Positions 51,841 to 62,720 of a stretch of 64,000 nucleotides of DNA are shown piece by piece (position 1 is the stretch's first letter; each line of letters starts with the position of its first letter). Made by a program: the position numbers and the translations under genes. The notes under the pieces were generated by a model. The model ran no database searches. It was not told where the DNA came from and was given only the letters and a program-made list of their open reading frames with translations. This stretch comes from Phaeosaccion multiseriatum (taxonomy: Eukaryota; Protista; Ochrophyta, other classes). The stretch is from contig OZ218961.1 of the NCBI GenBank assembly GCA_965112735.1, positions 2,604,001 to 2,668,000 of the forward strand. Reading direction: 5' to 3'.

Positions 51841-52250
51841 GTTTCACCAAGCAATGCGCCCCTTGCAGGTTTGAAGACTTGAAAATCTTTTAAGAGGAGG
51901 CGGGGGGGGGTATATATCGCCCTTCGACCGCTGGCTCAGACAACGACACTTCAGGTATGGGGAAGAGGGGGAAGAGAAGACAAGACCTAGCTTTTGGAGA
52001 CTCCCTCTGTCGCCAAGTGGCAGGGAAAAGCAGCGAGGGACTGAGGATCTGAGGAAGGGCAGTCGCCAAACCCAAGGGGGTACCGGAGAACCAACAGTGG
52101 CACCAGTTGAGATGCAAGTTGACCACATCTATAACAACGCCTCGCAGCATGGCCTTCATTCGTCATCATGGCGTTGTTTGAGTAGAGTACTTCAGCTGCT
52201 GTCTCTGAAAAGTACCTGGAAGCGACAGAATCGAGGGGGCCAGAAGAAAA

Positions 52251-53299
52251 ATGCCGGAAGGTTGGTCGGTGAACGGTTGAAGGGTTGGGTGGTAATGTAT
52301 ATATATAAAGAGGGGGCTATGGCGTCGTGCTTCCAGTGCCCCCCCGCTTCTTCTCTTTGCCTCCCCATTCCCCTCGATCCCCACACCAGTCACTCCCATG
52401 GGCGCGCAATTCGCAAGGTCTTTCTTTGTCCTTGACCGGGGGTTTATCGCCCTCTCTCCTTGTGTTGTGCAGTTGCCATCATCGGAGAGATTTGCGGCGC
52501 TGTGGGCTTCTCGTCTCCTCGGCTCTACATGCACTATCATCTCGTGTTCTGCCCGGAGAACTGGCATGTGGTGCAGGGAAGGGTAGAGGGATACACACAG
52601 GTGGATCAAACTCCCATGAAGGGTGGCAATGCCGTGTTCAATCATCCGCTGGACATGCGTCTATCCACAGACTCAATGGTGGGGTGGCCCAGGCTTCAGC
52701 TCGAAGTGTGGAGGAAGGACGAGTTCGACCGCAGCGAGCTGGCTGGCTACGGCATGCTGTTCATTCCTCCCACTCCAGGGAGCTACTCATTGGACTGCTG
52801 CATGTGGAGACCCAGAGGATCGTTCGTGCAAAGGCTGTCTTCTACTTTCTTGGGTGAGTGCAGCGAATAGGAGTGTTGGCGTGGGTGGGCGACGGACCGA
52901 GCGGGGGGGGGGCTGGGGTTGGTCTCCAGGGACGGAGACAGAGCTTTTACAAGTTGACAGAAGCCTCTCATTCAAGTGTGGAGGTACACCCCCCATGATG
53001 TAGCCAGAGGAGCGAGCAGACCCCGTACCATCCCCTCTCTTCCCCTGCCACTCATCCGCTCCCACCCCACATCTCCCCCGTCATCTTCCCTCCCCTCCCC
53101 TCCCCTCCCCTCCCCTCCCCTCCCCTTCCATGTGAGGGCAGGCCTCGCCCCCCAGCTGCAAGACTCTGACCTGGTGTCGTCGGGCTGTGAACGATACGAC
53201 CTGTCCACAGACACAACGGGGTCGGCAGTGGTGCAGCTTGAGGTGCTCGTGTCGGGCTTTGCCGACAAGAACGTCCGCATGGGGAAGCTGCATGGTTGA
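52251..53299 (+). CDS. B9D2: B9 domain-containing protein 2 (ciliary transition zone); exons 52251-52260, 52473-52853, 53142-53299
   Basis: MPE/VAIIGEICGAVGF...EGYTQVD...FNHPLDM...GWPRLQLEVW..DEFDRSELAGYG..FIPPTPG...WRPRGS; matches the B9D2 pattern as I know it. Confidence 0.88.
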
Positions 53300-53496
53300 T
53301 GACACTTTCCTCCTACCCTCTTTCCCCACCAAGAGACGATTGGGGTGCGCGTGCACGCGGCGATGACTTACTACAGACTTGGGCCGTGCATGGGGGATGG
53401 GGGAGGAAGAAATTCGGAGCATTGCCTCAGGTGAACCGGCCTCGTAGCCGTCGTCCACAATCGTCGTCGATCACGACAACTACCACCACCACCACT

Positions 53497-53531
<35 letters not shown>

Positions 53532-54528
53532 CAGCATCAGCATCAGCATCGCAGCAGCAGCAGGAGCAGCAGCAACATCAAGTCAGGGCCAGCAAGTGAC
53601 GGAGGAGCATGAAGCAACAAGGATCAGAGGCAAAAAAAGTCTAGTCGCCCGGCTCTTCCTCCTTACTCCTTGCCTCCTTTTGCAAGGTGGTGGGATCAGT
53701 TGCTCCCTCCCCCTGGGGCACCCCACCCCGGCCACACGCCCCGACAGAACCTCGACAGTTTCGTCCCAGAACCTCGACGGTTTCGTCCCAAGTCCGACCC
53801 GTTGGAGCGTTGGAAGGGGACGAGAGCAAGCCTCCTTGTGAGTGCGGATAAGACGCGGATAAGACGGGTGTCAGTGTGTGTGCGTTGCGCGATCGAGACC
53901 TCCTGACCGCCACCTCTGGGTGTGCTGCTGTGGCTCTGCTTGCGTTCTCAGGCTGCCTACCCATGCATCTCTGTCATACTTCCACAGTGATGTACATGCA
54001 TGGATATGACTCTTGCTTGGACCGCCCATCCTGCCCCTTCCACAGATCAAAGGAAGTCAGTCGTGTGTATCATGTAAATTTTTATAAAGTTAGTTGTGGG
54101 GTGATCTAAAATTACATAAGCTTCATCGAATGGGCAATAGAATAGACTCCTCCGCAACTGCACCCCCTGACTCTCATGCCATTTGGTAAAAATGTGGACA
54201 TCTAAAAGGAAGAAGAAGCTGTTGCGAGTCTCTCTCACCGCGACACGAGCGCAGCATCCGCAGCAGCAAAGGCTCCAACAGTGGTCTAAATGAACCCACC
54301 CACCCCGTCCACTGTTGCTTGCTACAATGCCAACACTCCCGCCCCCCCCCCCCCGCGCTTCTCTTTCTTCTCGTGCCGCCGCTGCTCTGCTGCTCTGCTA
54401 GCCACTGCAGCTGCCGGCGTTGTGTTGGCTCTCGCTGCTCCTTCCGTCACCAGCCAAAGTCTCTCTCCTCTCCTCTCCCCTCCTGCCTCCTCCTCCTCCT
54501 CTCCTCAGTAAGACTCAGATCAGTCTAC

Positions 54529-56053
54529 TCAAAGGTCAGCCAGGAAGGCGTTCAGTGCCTCCACTGACGCAGAGTAGGCGGCGGAGGCGGCTGGGCCCTG
54601 CTTGCGCCTGGAGCTCACAGTCACGTCCTCCAAAGTCTTGTAGTAAACCTTGGCGTCCTTGGCAGCCTGAGGGTTGTTCTTTGCCAGCGTGTTCATTGCC
54701 TTTCGCAGGTTGTATGCCTGTTTGTTCGGGTGGTGGGTGTAGAGAGAGGGAGGCGGAAGCGGAGGGGGGGGGGGTGTAAGGAAAAGCAACTCTTCTCTCC
54801 TCAAGTCAGGCCGCTTCTTTCTCTTCCACCACCTCCAATTGTGCCTGCTTCGAAGGAAGTGCTCGTCACACCAGCTCAAACATCTGCACCACCACTAACC
54901 AGCAGCCTAACACCCAAATCCCCGGCGTTTTCGCTTCCCTTCCAACCTCCGCAGCCCGTAAGTCGGAACTGCTCCACCCCGAACTGTGCGTAGGAAAGTA
55001 AAGGCACTTTCTGTGTGGTGCCCATGTGGGGCCAGAGCACACCACATGACAAGCCGAGTGCACCTTTCCAGAACGCGCATGCACACAAACAAAACCTTCG
55101 CCACCCCTTCGCACCCCCCTCCCACACACATGCATTGCTTGTTTTCAACAACAGTGGCAATTCGATATAGTACAGCCTCACGCACTCCACGCAACGTACA
55201 TACCTTCTGGTTCAGCACTGCTCGCACCTCCTCCCACTTCTCTCCCTCAATCCACTTGGGGATTTGCTCGAACTTGCTCTGGCTGTCCTTAAGGATGCCA
55301 ATGCTGAACTTCATCTCCGCGTCACCCACACCCTTGTACACGGCAGCTCCACTGTCGGTGTTGCCGTAGGGTGAGTAAGGGGAGTACATGCTGGACTCCG
55401 AGTAGGGGGAGGACATTCCTCCTCCACCCACGGAATCTGAGCTTCCGCCCCACCCGACGATGCCAAAGAGGTTCTGCTTGGGCCCCTCTCCTGAGGCAAA
55501 GGCGGCAGCGGGCAGAGATGCAGCGGCGATACCGGCGGCAGCCTTAGCGGCAAACTCCTTGCGGGAGACACCGCTGTGATTGATGGGAGGAGTACGGCAT
55601 TCATCGAGGAAGGGTAGAGGCGTGAGTAAACGGGTTGGATCATCAGATCTCCTATTGGGACTCAGACCCATCTCTTCGGAGCCGTAAATGCCTCTCTGTT
55701 CATTCTAGCTATAGCTCCACAAATTGCAGGCCCCAGTTGTCTCCTGCTTTGCTGCTCCTTCCCTTAAAATCCCTCCCCTCACTCCTGTAAAAATCTTGCC
55801 CCCATCTCTCGCGGAAGACCCAAGCCGCATTCCCACAGCCATGCATCAGCACATGCACACGCAAAGCCCCTGTTGATGGTGCTGCGTTCATCTGCAGCAG
55901 CTATGTGCTGTGCTGTTGCTGCGTGCCAGTCCCTGTATAACATGTGTCTTCCTTCCTCCCCACGTACCTATCGACCTTCATGGTCACCGGGGACACCATG
56001 AAGGCGGAGGAGGAGGCCACGAGGCCGAGAGCTGCGATAGCGGTGCACTTCAT
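54529..56053 (-). CDS. psbQ: Photosystem II extrinsic PsbQ'-like protein; exons 56053-55968, 55573-55204, 54717-54529
   Basis: Signal peptide + SSAF, SRKEF lumen-targeting signal ending AFA, YSPYSPYG motif, helical bundle KWEEVRAVL..KAYNLRKAM. Confidence 0.8.
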
Positions 56054-56230
56054 GATGTCTATAGTAGGCGCGCAAAGAGGCAGGGAGGGAGTAAGGTATT
56101 TAGCAAAGGGATTGAAGGGCAGATTTCAGCCCACGACGACACATGAATTCCCGAGGGGGTGCGAAACCCAGGGGGCTTCACAACCACAGGCTGGTTGTTA
56201 AAGCTTGCCCAACGCTTGGTGGGCTTCAGC

Positions 56231-56267
56231 TGGTCAGGCCAAGCTGTTCGATTCAGCCTTCTCTGCG
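56231..56267 (+). pseudogene. 3' fragment of tRNA-Sec (variable arm with 3-nt deletion, T arm, acceptor 3' strand)
   Basis: tggtc-aggccaagctgttcgattcagccttctctgcg matches the 3' part of the downstream copies. Confidence 0.75.
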
Positions 56268-56298
56268 TTCTCCACTGGACCTCTCTCCGTCTACCGCG

Positions 56299-56385
56299 GC
56301 AAGGATGATCCGAGATGGTTCTCAGGGCGGCCTTCAAAGCCGTCGTGGTCGAGAGGCCAAGCTGTTCGATTCAGCCTTCTCTGCG
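56299..56385 (+). tRNA. tRNA-Sec(UCA) copy 1 (one D-stem mismatch)
   Basis: 9/4 fold, CTTCAAA anticodon loop; TCTCAG instead of TCTCGG in the D-stem. Confidence 0.75.
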
Positions 56386-56416
56386 TTCACCAATGGACCT
56401 CTCTCCGTCTACCGCG

Positions 56417-56503
56417 GCAATGATGATCCGAGATGGCTCTCGGGACGGCCTTCAAAGCCGTCGTGGTCGAGAGGCCAAGCTGTTCGATTCAGCCTTCTCT
56501 GCG
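56417..56503 (+). tRNA. tRNA-Sec(UCA) copy 2 (three substitutions)
   Basis: G5>T in acceptor, TGGC D-loop, GACGGC anticodon stem (G-U converted to A-U). Confidence 0.75.
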
Positions 56504-56586
56504 TTCCCCAGTGGACCTCCACCTCTCCCCCCTCCTCCTCTCCTCTCTCCTCCCTGACCTTTTCTACACCACGTCCATCAACCCCG

Positions 56587-56673
56587 GCAAGGATGATCCG
56601 AGATGGTTCTCGGGGCGGCCTTCAAAGCCGTCGTGGTCGAGAGGCCAAGCTGTTCGATTCAGCCTTCTCTGCG
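56587..56673 (+). tRNA. tRNA-Sec(UCA) copy 3
   Basis: GCAAGGATG AT CCGAGA TGGT TCTCGG GGCGGC CTTCAAA GCCGTC G TGGTC GAGA GGCCA A GCTG TTCGATT CAGC CTTCTCTGC G: 9-bp acceptor, 6-bp D-stem/4-nt loop, 6-bp anticodon stem, long V arm, 4-bp T-stem, discriminator G. Confidence 0.88.
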
Positions 56674-56717
56674 TTCCCCAGTTCCTCCCCCCATTTACAC
56701 CACGTCCATCAACCCCG

Positions 56718-56804
56718 GCAAGGATGATCCGAGATGGTTCTCGGGGCGGCCTTCAAAGCCGTCGTGGTCGAGAGGCCAAGCTGTTCGATTCAGCCTTCTC
56801 TGCG
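56718..56804 (+). tRNA. tRNA-Sec(UCA) copy 4
   Basis: Identical to copy 3. Confidence 0.88.
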
Positions 56805-56887
56805 TTCACCAATGGACCTCTACCTCTCCCTCCTCCTACTCTCCTCTCTCCTCCCTGACCTCTTCTACACCACGTCCATCAACCCCG

Positions 56888-56974
56888 GCAAGGATGATCC
56901 GAGATGGTTCTCGGGGCGGCCTTCAAAGCCGTCGTGGTCGAGAGGCCAAGCTGTTCGATTCAGCCTTCTCTGCG
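56888..56974 (+). tRNA. tRNA-Sec(UCA) copy 5
   Basis: Identical to copy 3. Confidence 0.88.
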
Positions 56975-57057
56975 TTCACCAATGGACCTCTACCTCTCCC
57001 TCCTCCTACTCTCCTCTCTCCTCCCTGACCTCTTCTACACCACGTCCATCAACCCCG

Positions 57058-57144
57058 GCAAGGATGATCCGAGATGGTTCTCGGGGCGGCCTTCAAAGCC
57101 GTCGTGGTCGAGAGGCCAAGCTGTTCGATTCAGCCTTCTCTGCG
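57058..57144 (+). tRNA. tRNA-Sec(UCA) copy 6
   Basis: Identical to copy 3. Confidence 0.88.
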
Positions 57145-57227
57145 TTCCCCAGTGAACCTCTATCTCTCTCTCCTCCTACTCTCCTCTCTCCTCCCTGACC
57201 TTTTCTACACCACGTCCATCAACCCCG

Positions 57228-57314
57228 GCAAGGATGATCCGAGATGGTTCTCGGGGCGGCCTTCAAAGCCGTCGTGGTCGAGAGGCCAAGCTGTTCGATT
57301 CAGCCTTCTCTGCG
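57228..57314 (+). tRNA. tRNA-Sec(UCA) copy 7
   Basis: Identical to copy 3. Confidence 0.88.
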
Positions 57315-57397
57315 TTCCCCAGTGGACCTCTACCTCTCCCCCCTCCTACTCTCCTCTCTCCTCCCTGACCTCTTCTACACCACGTCCATCAACCCCG

Positions 57398-57484
57398 GCA
57401 AGGATGATCCGAGATGGTTCTCGGGGCGGCCTTCAAAGCCGTCGTGGTCGAGAGGCCAAGCTGTTCGATTCAGCCTTCTCTGCG
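57398..57484 (+). tRNA. tRNA-Sec(UCA) copy 8
   Basis: Identical to copy 3. Confidence 0.88.
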
Positions 57485-57567
57485 TTCCCCAGTGAACCTC
57501 CATCTCTCTCTCCTCCTACTTTCCTCTCTCCTCCCTGACCTTTTCTACATCACGTCCATCAACCCCG

Positions 57568-57654
57568 GCAAGGATGATCCGAGATGGTTCTCGGGGCGGC
57601 CTTCAAAGCCGTCGTGGTCGAGAGGCCAAGCTGTTCGATTCAGCCTTCTCTGCG
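57568..57654 (+). tRNA. tRNA-Sec(UCA) copy 9
   Basis: Identical to copy 3. Confidence 0.88.
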
Positions 57655-57979
57655 TTCACTACTGGACCTCTCTCTCTCCCGCACCCCCTCTCTCCTCTCC
57701 TTTTCTGTGCGTTCTCCACACCCACCAAGTCAGCAAGAAGGTTTAGAAAATGTCGTTTTTAGAGCAGAGCGAGTTTGCGAGTGGATGTTCTCGATAAGGA
57801 CGCGACTGAAAATAGACTTCACTGATTGCTGCCTCGAGCGGTGCGATGCTTTTTTGAGGGAGAGAGTTTCACGATTATGAAGAGAACGTCCTCCAACCCA
57901 ACCCAATCCAACCCAACCAACAAGCAATAGCACAATGGGTTGCAGTGCTTGTCGTTCACGCACTCGCAGTTCGTCGGCT

Positions 57980-58013
<34 letters not shown>

Positions 58014-58459
58014 TGTGTGTTTCGCTCGTCTGTGCTACGGATTCCCCTCCGCCGTGCCCACCGCTCAAGTGCAGCTGCAGGACTGCGACAGCAGCCTGGA
58101 CGAGCGATACCGCATGCCGCATGCATTGCCAATGCCGCCCCACGGTTACAAAAATTGACCCCCTTCTTCCATCCCGTCCCCACCACCCCCGCGATGCTGT
58201 ACACATACACACACACGCACACACAAACGTACGCATACGCACGCACCCGCTTCGCGGTTGAGCGAGCAATGCCATCGCCTCGGCCGTGATGCCGCCCGCC
58301 CAGTGTCCGTGAGACAGATGCATGGGCATGGGCCTCCTTTCCCCCCCCCTGTCTATTTTTCTTGGCAACCGCACTGTTCAGTTGGTCGGAAGAGCGAGAA
58401 ACTTCTCTCCCTCCCCTCCACTTCCCTCCCCTTACTGACACTTAGACACTTGTCCCTTC

Positions 58460-59704
58460 TCATAGCTCCAGGTGCTCAGTGCTCTCACATCGCTTCACAA
58501 AGTCCGTCTTCTCCAAGCATCCATTGCAGTCCACGCCTCTCTCGCCCAGGATGGCCTTGAGCTGAGGGAGGTGCGTGTGACATGAGTGAAGACAGACCAG
58601 CGAACAGGGCAGGGAGGGGAAGAGATTGTTTGAAATTTGCGGAGTAAGACGCAACGATCCCGAGGGCAGAAACCCCCCCTTCTTTCCTCGGAGCTCACTC
58701 ACTCAACTCAAACATACACATACACACACCTGCTTAACCCTCAGCTTGTTGTAGTCTACGTTGCCCTTCTCGATCTTCATGGGGTATTTCACCTCGCAAA
58801 TCTCAGAGTTGGTCTTCTTCAGTCGCTGACACACCTGAAGAGGAGAGGCAGAACGGTTCAAGGAAAGAAGCAAGGGGATTGGTGAGGCCAAGGAAATCAA
58901 AGTACCCCTGTACTAGCCCTAGGACAACGAGTGAACAATCATCCACCCACACACAGCACTCATTTCAACAAAAAGGAAGAGGAGCATACGCCTAGATAAA
59001 AGACAGTCTAAGGAACCTTGTGTACTGATATACCAACCCCACCTTGTTCTTGGGAATACCCGTGCTGAAGGGTTGGCTGATTGCCTTCTTGATGGGGAGA
59101 AAGTAGTAGCACATCTTGTCATCTTTTGCGCTGAGCCGCCCTTCGCAGAACTTGTCGATGGCCGCCTCAATGGCCGACTGCTTCTTCCTGTCCTTTTTGT
59201 CCAGAGCCGCATCTACCTTCTCTAGCACACTGATGCAAACTGAGGCCCAACCAAAGGGAGGAGGGAGGCAAGCCGGTGAGGAACCAACGGGATTAGAGGG
59301 AGTACATCTCATCTACCGAAGAGCCATGGGACTCTAACTGCTGCTCGCTACAAGTGGCACAGCTTTTGGAGAACCAAGAGGATCGGGGGGGCTAAGGACA
59401 AGGCCCCAGCTCGGAGTCGGTAGCAGCACGTGAAAGCCCACTTCGATCATCATCACGAGTGAAGCGACCACTTCCCTTCCTATCCCTCGCCCAGCTCCTG
59501 GGAAAGGCTAGCTCCCTCCAGAGTATACTGGAGTGAACCCTCTTCCCCTTCACCAGAAACACTCTGCGGTACAGCAATAGGGGACTAAGCCCAGCCCAGC
59601 TCCTCACCTTCGCATTCCTTCGGATCCGCGGTCGCGGTCTTGCCGCTAACCACAGCACACAGCAGAGTGGCCAGCACCAGCCGTGCAACAAGACGGAGGT
59701 ACAT
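58460..59704 (-). CDS. MANF: MANF/ARMET/CDNF-family ER protein; exons 59704-59608, 59239-59043, 58834-58730, 58561-58460
   Basis: Signal peptide; ECEVCISVL, KFC...KDDKMCYY, PKNKVCQRLKKTNSEICEVKY (saposin-like); KLRVKQLKAIL.ERGVDCNGCLEKTDFVKR (SAP-like, CxxC); KDEL-like C-terminal HLEL. Confidence 0.9.
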
Positions 59705-61193
59705 CTTCCCTCCCAACGAGGCGCTGGTTCCTCTTCTTCGGCCCCTGAGTCTCGTGTCACAAGTCCTTAGCCTAGGTCCTCCCCCTTCTCCGTAGACAGG
59801 GTTCCGCAAGCTCTCGTAGGCTGTGCTCCTTGTCTTTTTGCTACGCGGCAGAGAGGTTTTATGTTTTATGGAAGGTATGGAAGGAAGGCGCCCTTTGCCA
59901 GGTGGAGGTTCCCCAGGGGGGCATCAGGGGGATTATGGGCCAAACGGGCTGGCCGTGGAAACGTGATTTACTGAGGTGCCTGACGACCTGCTTCTGACGG
60001 CGCGAGCCGGCCTGTCTATTTCTAGCGGCACCAGCCGGCCTGTTTCATGTTTCTACAACTGTAGTGGGTGCCAGCCGGCCAATCTCAAATTTTGGCCCCT
60101 TGAGTGCACTGACTGCCCAGGGGGGGGAGGGCTTGTTTGTTAGCCTCCGGGCTAGGGGCAGTGACGACCCTTCCCGGAACCTACTACTCACTCCAAGATA
60201 GATGAGATGTGCGTACGGACTGATCAAGTGGAGTGTGTGTATTAACCACTCACTCGATGATGTCCTGTCCCTGCGCTTAGCTACCCCGATGTCCTTTTTT
60301 CCCTTCTCCTCATTCTCCTTTCCCTCCTACACTGCCTTGTCACTTCCCTTTGCCCCCTACACGGCCTCATCCCTTTGCCCCCCGACACGGCTTCGTCACT
60401 GAACGATCACAGAACCGCCCCTCCCACCGTCCCAAATTTGACAGAAATTGACCTCCTCAAGATCCAATGTCGATGTCCTGCCCATACACGTAGTGTTGAT
60501 ACCGAAGTTAAGCCAAAGCGTTCATTTCCTTCATTCAACTATTCTCTTGTTCTTGTACGGGAGTCCTCGCCCTGGGGCCATGTGAGTCTGCGCTTACTGA
60601 CTTACTACACACTCTCAGCCATGCCTCTGCAGGAAGGCCCTGTGATCGTTTTCTTTGCGCTGCGCCTCAAATATGTCCACGGTGAGGTCTTTCAGACTGC
60701 ACGCTCTGAGGAAACTGCCTTCACCCTCCAGCTTGTCTCCCGACACTCCAGCGACGACCATCAACCCGGAAACCGGAAACCCAGGACTTCGTAGCCTGGC
60801 CCCTCGGCGACTCCAATCACCCCAGCAGCATCGCCTTCATTTCTGCGCGCTTTGCCAGACGCTGAATAATCAAAGCCGTGACGGGCCCGCAAGGATTCGC
60901 GTCACTGTGCTGCTGCGGCACAGCCACACAAGTTGGAAGTTGAGGCGGGGGGCGGGCACTACTGAACACGTTGTAATCCGCCGCTTCAACACTCACAGAA
61001 TTGCTCCTTCACCCCCTCACGACTTCTAAAGCTGCAGTGTGGAAACGACACCTTTGGGAAAGATGGCCCCTGATCCTCCTCTCCCTCGTCGCCATCCCTG
61101 TCTTCTATTCTTTTCAACTCCAATCGAGCCTCTTTCCGAGTCGATCCGAGCCCCCCCCCCCTCCCCCAGTAGCATTGGGCTCTGTTCCTTCTG

Positions 61194-61871
61194 CCTCCCT
61201 CCCTCCCTCCCTCCCTCTCTCCCTCTCTCCCTCCCTCCCTCCCTCCCTCCCTCCCTCCCTCCCTCCCTCCCTCCCTCCCTCCCTCCCTCCCTCCCTCCCT
61301 CCCTCCCTCCCTCCCTCCCTCCCTCCCTCCCTCCCTCCCTCCCTCCCTCCCTCCCTCCCTCCCTCCCTCCCTCCCTCCCTCCCTCCCTCCCTCCCTCCCT
61401 CCCTCCCTCCCTCCCTCCCTCCCTCCCTCCCTCCCTCCCTCCCTCCCTCCCTCCCTCCCTCCCTCCCTCCCTCCCTCCCTCCCTCCCTCCCTCCCTCCCT
61501 CCCTCCCTCCCTCCCTCCCTCCCTCCCTCCCTCCCTCCCTCCCTCCCTCCCTCCCTCCCTCCCTCCCTCCCTCCCTCCCTCCCTCCCTCCCTCCCTCCCT
61601 CCCTCCCTCCCTCCCTCCCTCCCTCCCTCCCTCCCTCCCTCCCTCCCTCCCTCCCTCCCTCCCTCCCTCCCTCCCTCCCTCCCTCCCTCCCTCCCTCCCT
61701 CCCTCCCTCCCTCCCTCCCTCCCTCCCTCCCTCCCTCCCTCCCTCCCTCCCTCCCTCCCTCCCTCCCTCCCTCCCTCCCTCCCTCCCTCCCTCCCTCCCT
61801 CCCTCCCTCCCTCCCTCCCTCCCTCCCTCCCTCCCTCCCTCCCTCCCTCCCTCCCTCCCTCCCTCCCTCCC
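61194..61871. repeat. ~680-bp almost pure (CCCT)n/(AGGG)n tetranucleotide tract
   Basis: Seen directly. Confidence 0.95.
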
Positions 61872-62720
61872 TTCGACCCTGGACAAGATTACGGTGTGTG
61901 CCGGCCGTAATCAGTAATCAGCCCCCGGCTGGCGCATAATCAGTACTCAGGCCGGCTGGCGCCGGTCATAATCAGATATGAGGCCGGCTGCGCCGGCCGT
62001 AATTACTAATCAGATAGCGAGGCCTAGGCCTAGAACCGCCGGCCTAGGGAGAAAAAATGGCCGGCCTAGAGCGGCCAACGGCCGCCGGCCTAGGCCTAGA
62101 GCGGGCGTAGGCCGCTCGGCCTAGGGCCTAGAGCATAGGCTTCTAGGCCAGTCTGGAGCCGATGATGTGTTGTGGCGTTGTGGCACAGTGTCGTCGCCGT
62201 CGGACCTCTCCTTTGAACCGTTTCAAAATTGTTCCTCCACGAGCATACTGCACCGCCCTTTTCATTGTTCCATACAAGCGTTCAGAGGATGCAGAAAATG
62301 ATCATGCTTTGGCCTGCGCCGCTTATTGCCTGCGCCACTTGCCTACTCACAAGCTAGGGTTGCCACGAAAAAGATCGTCTTTCCAGCAAGCAGCAAGGCC
62401 AATTGCTTGTGCGGCACCGTGGCACGGGCTCGCCCACAGGCAGCCAGCTCCCTCCGGGCGGGACTCCAGAAAGCACCACAACCCAGCCGCAGCCAGTCAA
62501 GCGTGAAGTTCAGAGAGTAGAGCAGCCAGCGGAGAAGCAGCCACAAGGGAGGGGGCTACTGATGACATTTAAACGTTGGCCTTAACCCTCCCCTCCTCCG
62601 ATCCCAGCCAAGCCCGAGACGCAAGAGTCGCGGGAGTGGACAGGGCCAGGTGCCAGTGAGTGGTGCCTGGCTGCCAAGAGAGTCTAGTGCTTACTTTGAC
62701 TGACAGGAGCAAGCAAAAAT

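Noticed and set aside
56231-57654. CRISPR-like repeat-spacer array, or the repetitive ORFs (MVLGAAFKAVVVERP...)
   Set aside because: The repeat is 87 nt, spacers are homologous to each other, there are no cas genes and the context is eukaryotic; the tRNA-Sec fold explains the conservation.
34820-58462. Global UGA reassignment implied by many UCA tRNAs
   Set aside because: MRS2, B9D2, psbQ' and MANF all appear to end at TGA, and I saw no in-frame TGA in conserved exons.
61001-61939. Long PPSL/GGRE ORFs, and the many HT/CV/SLTH ORFs elsewhere
   Set aside because: Stop-free translations of microsatellites.
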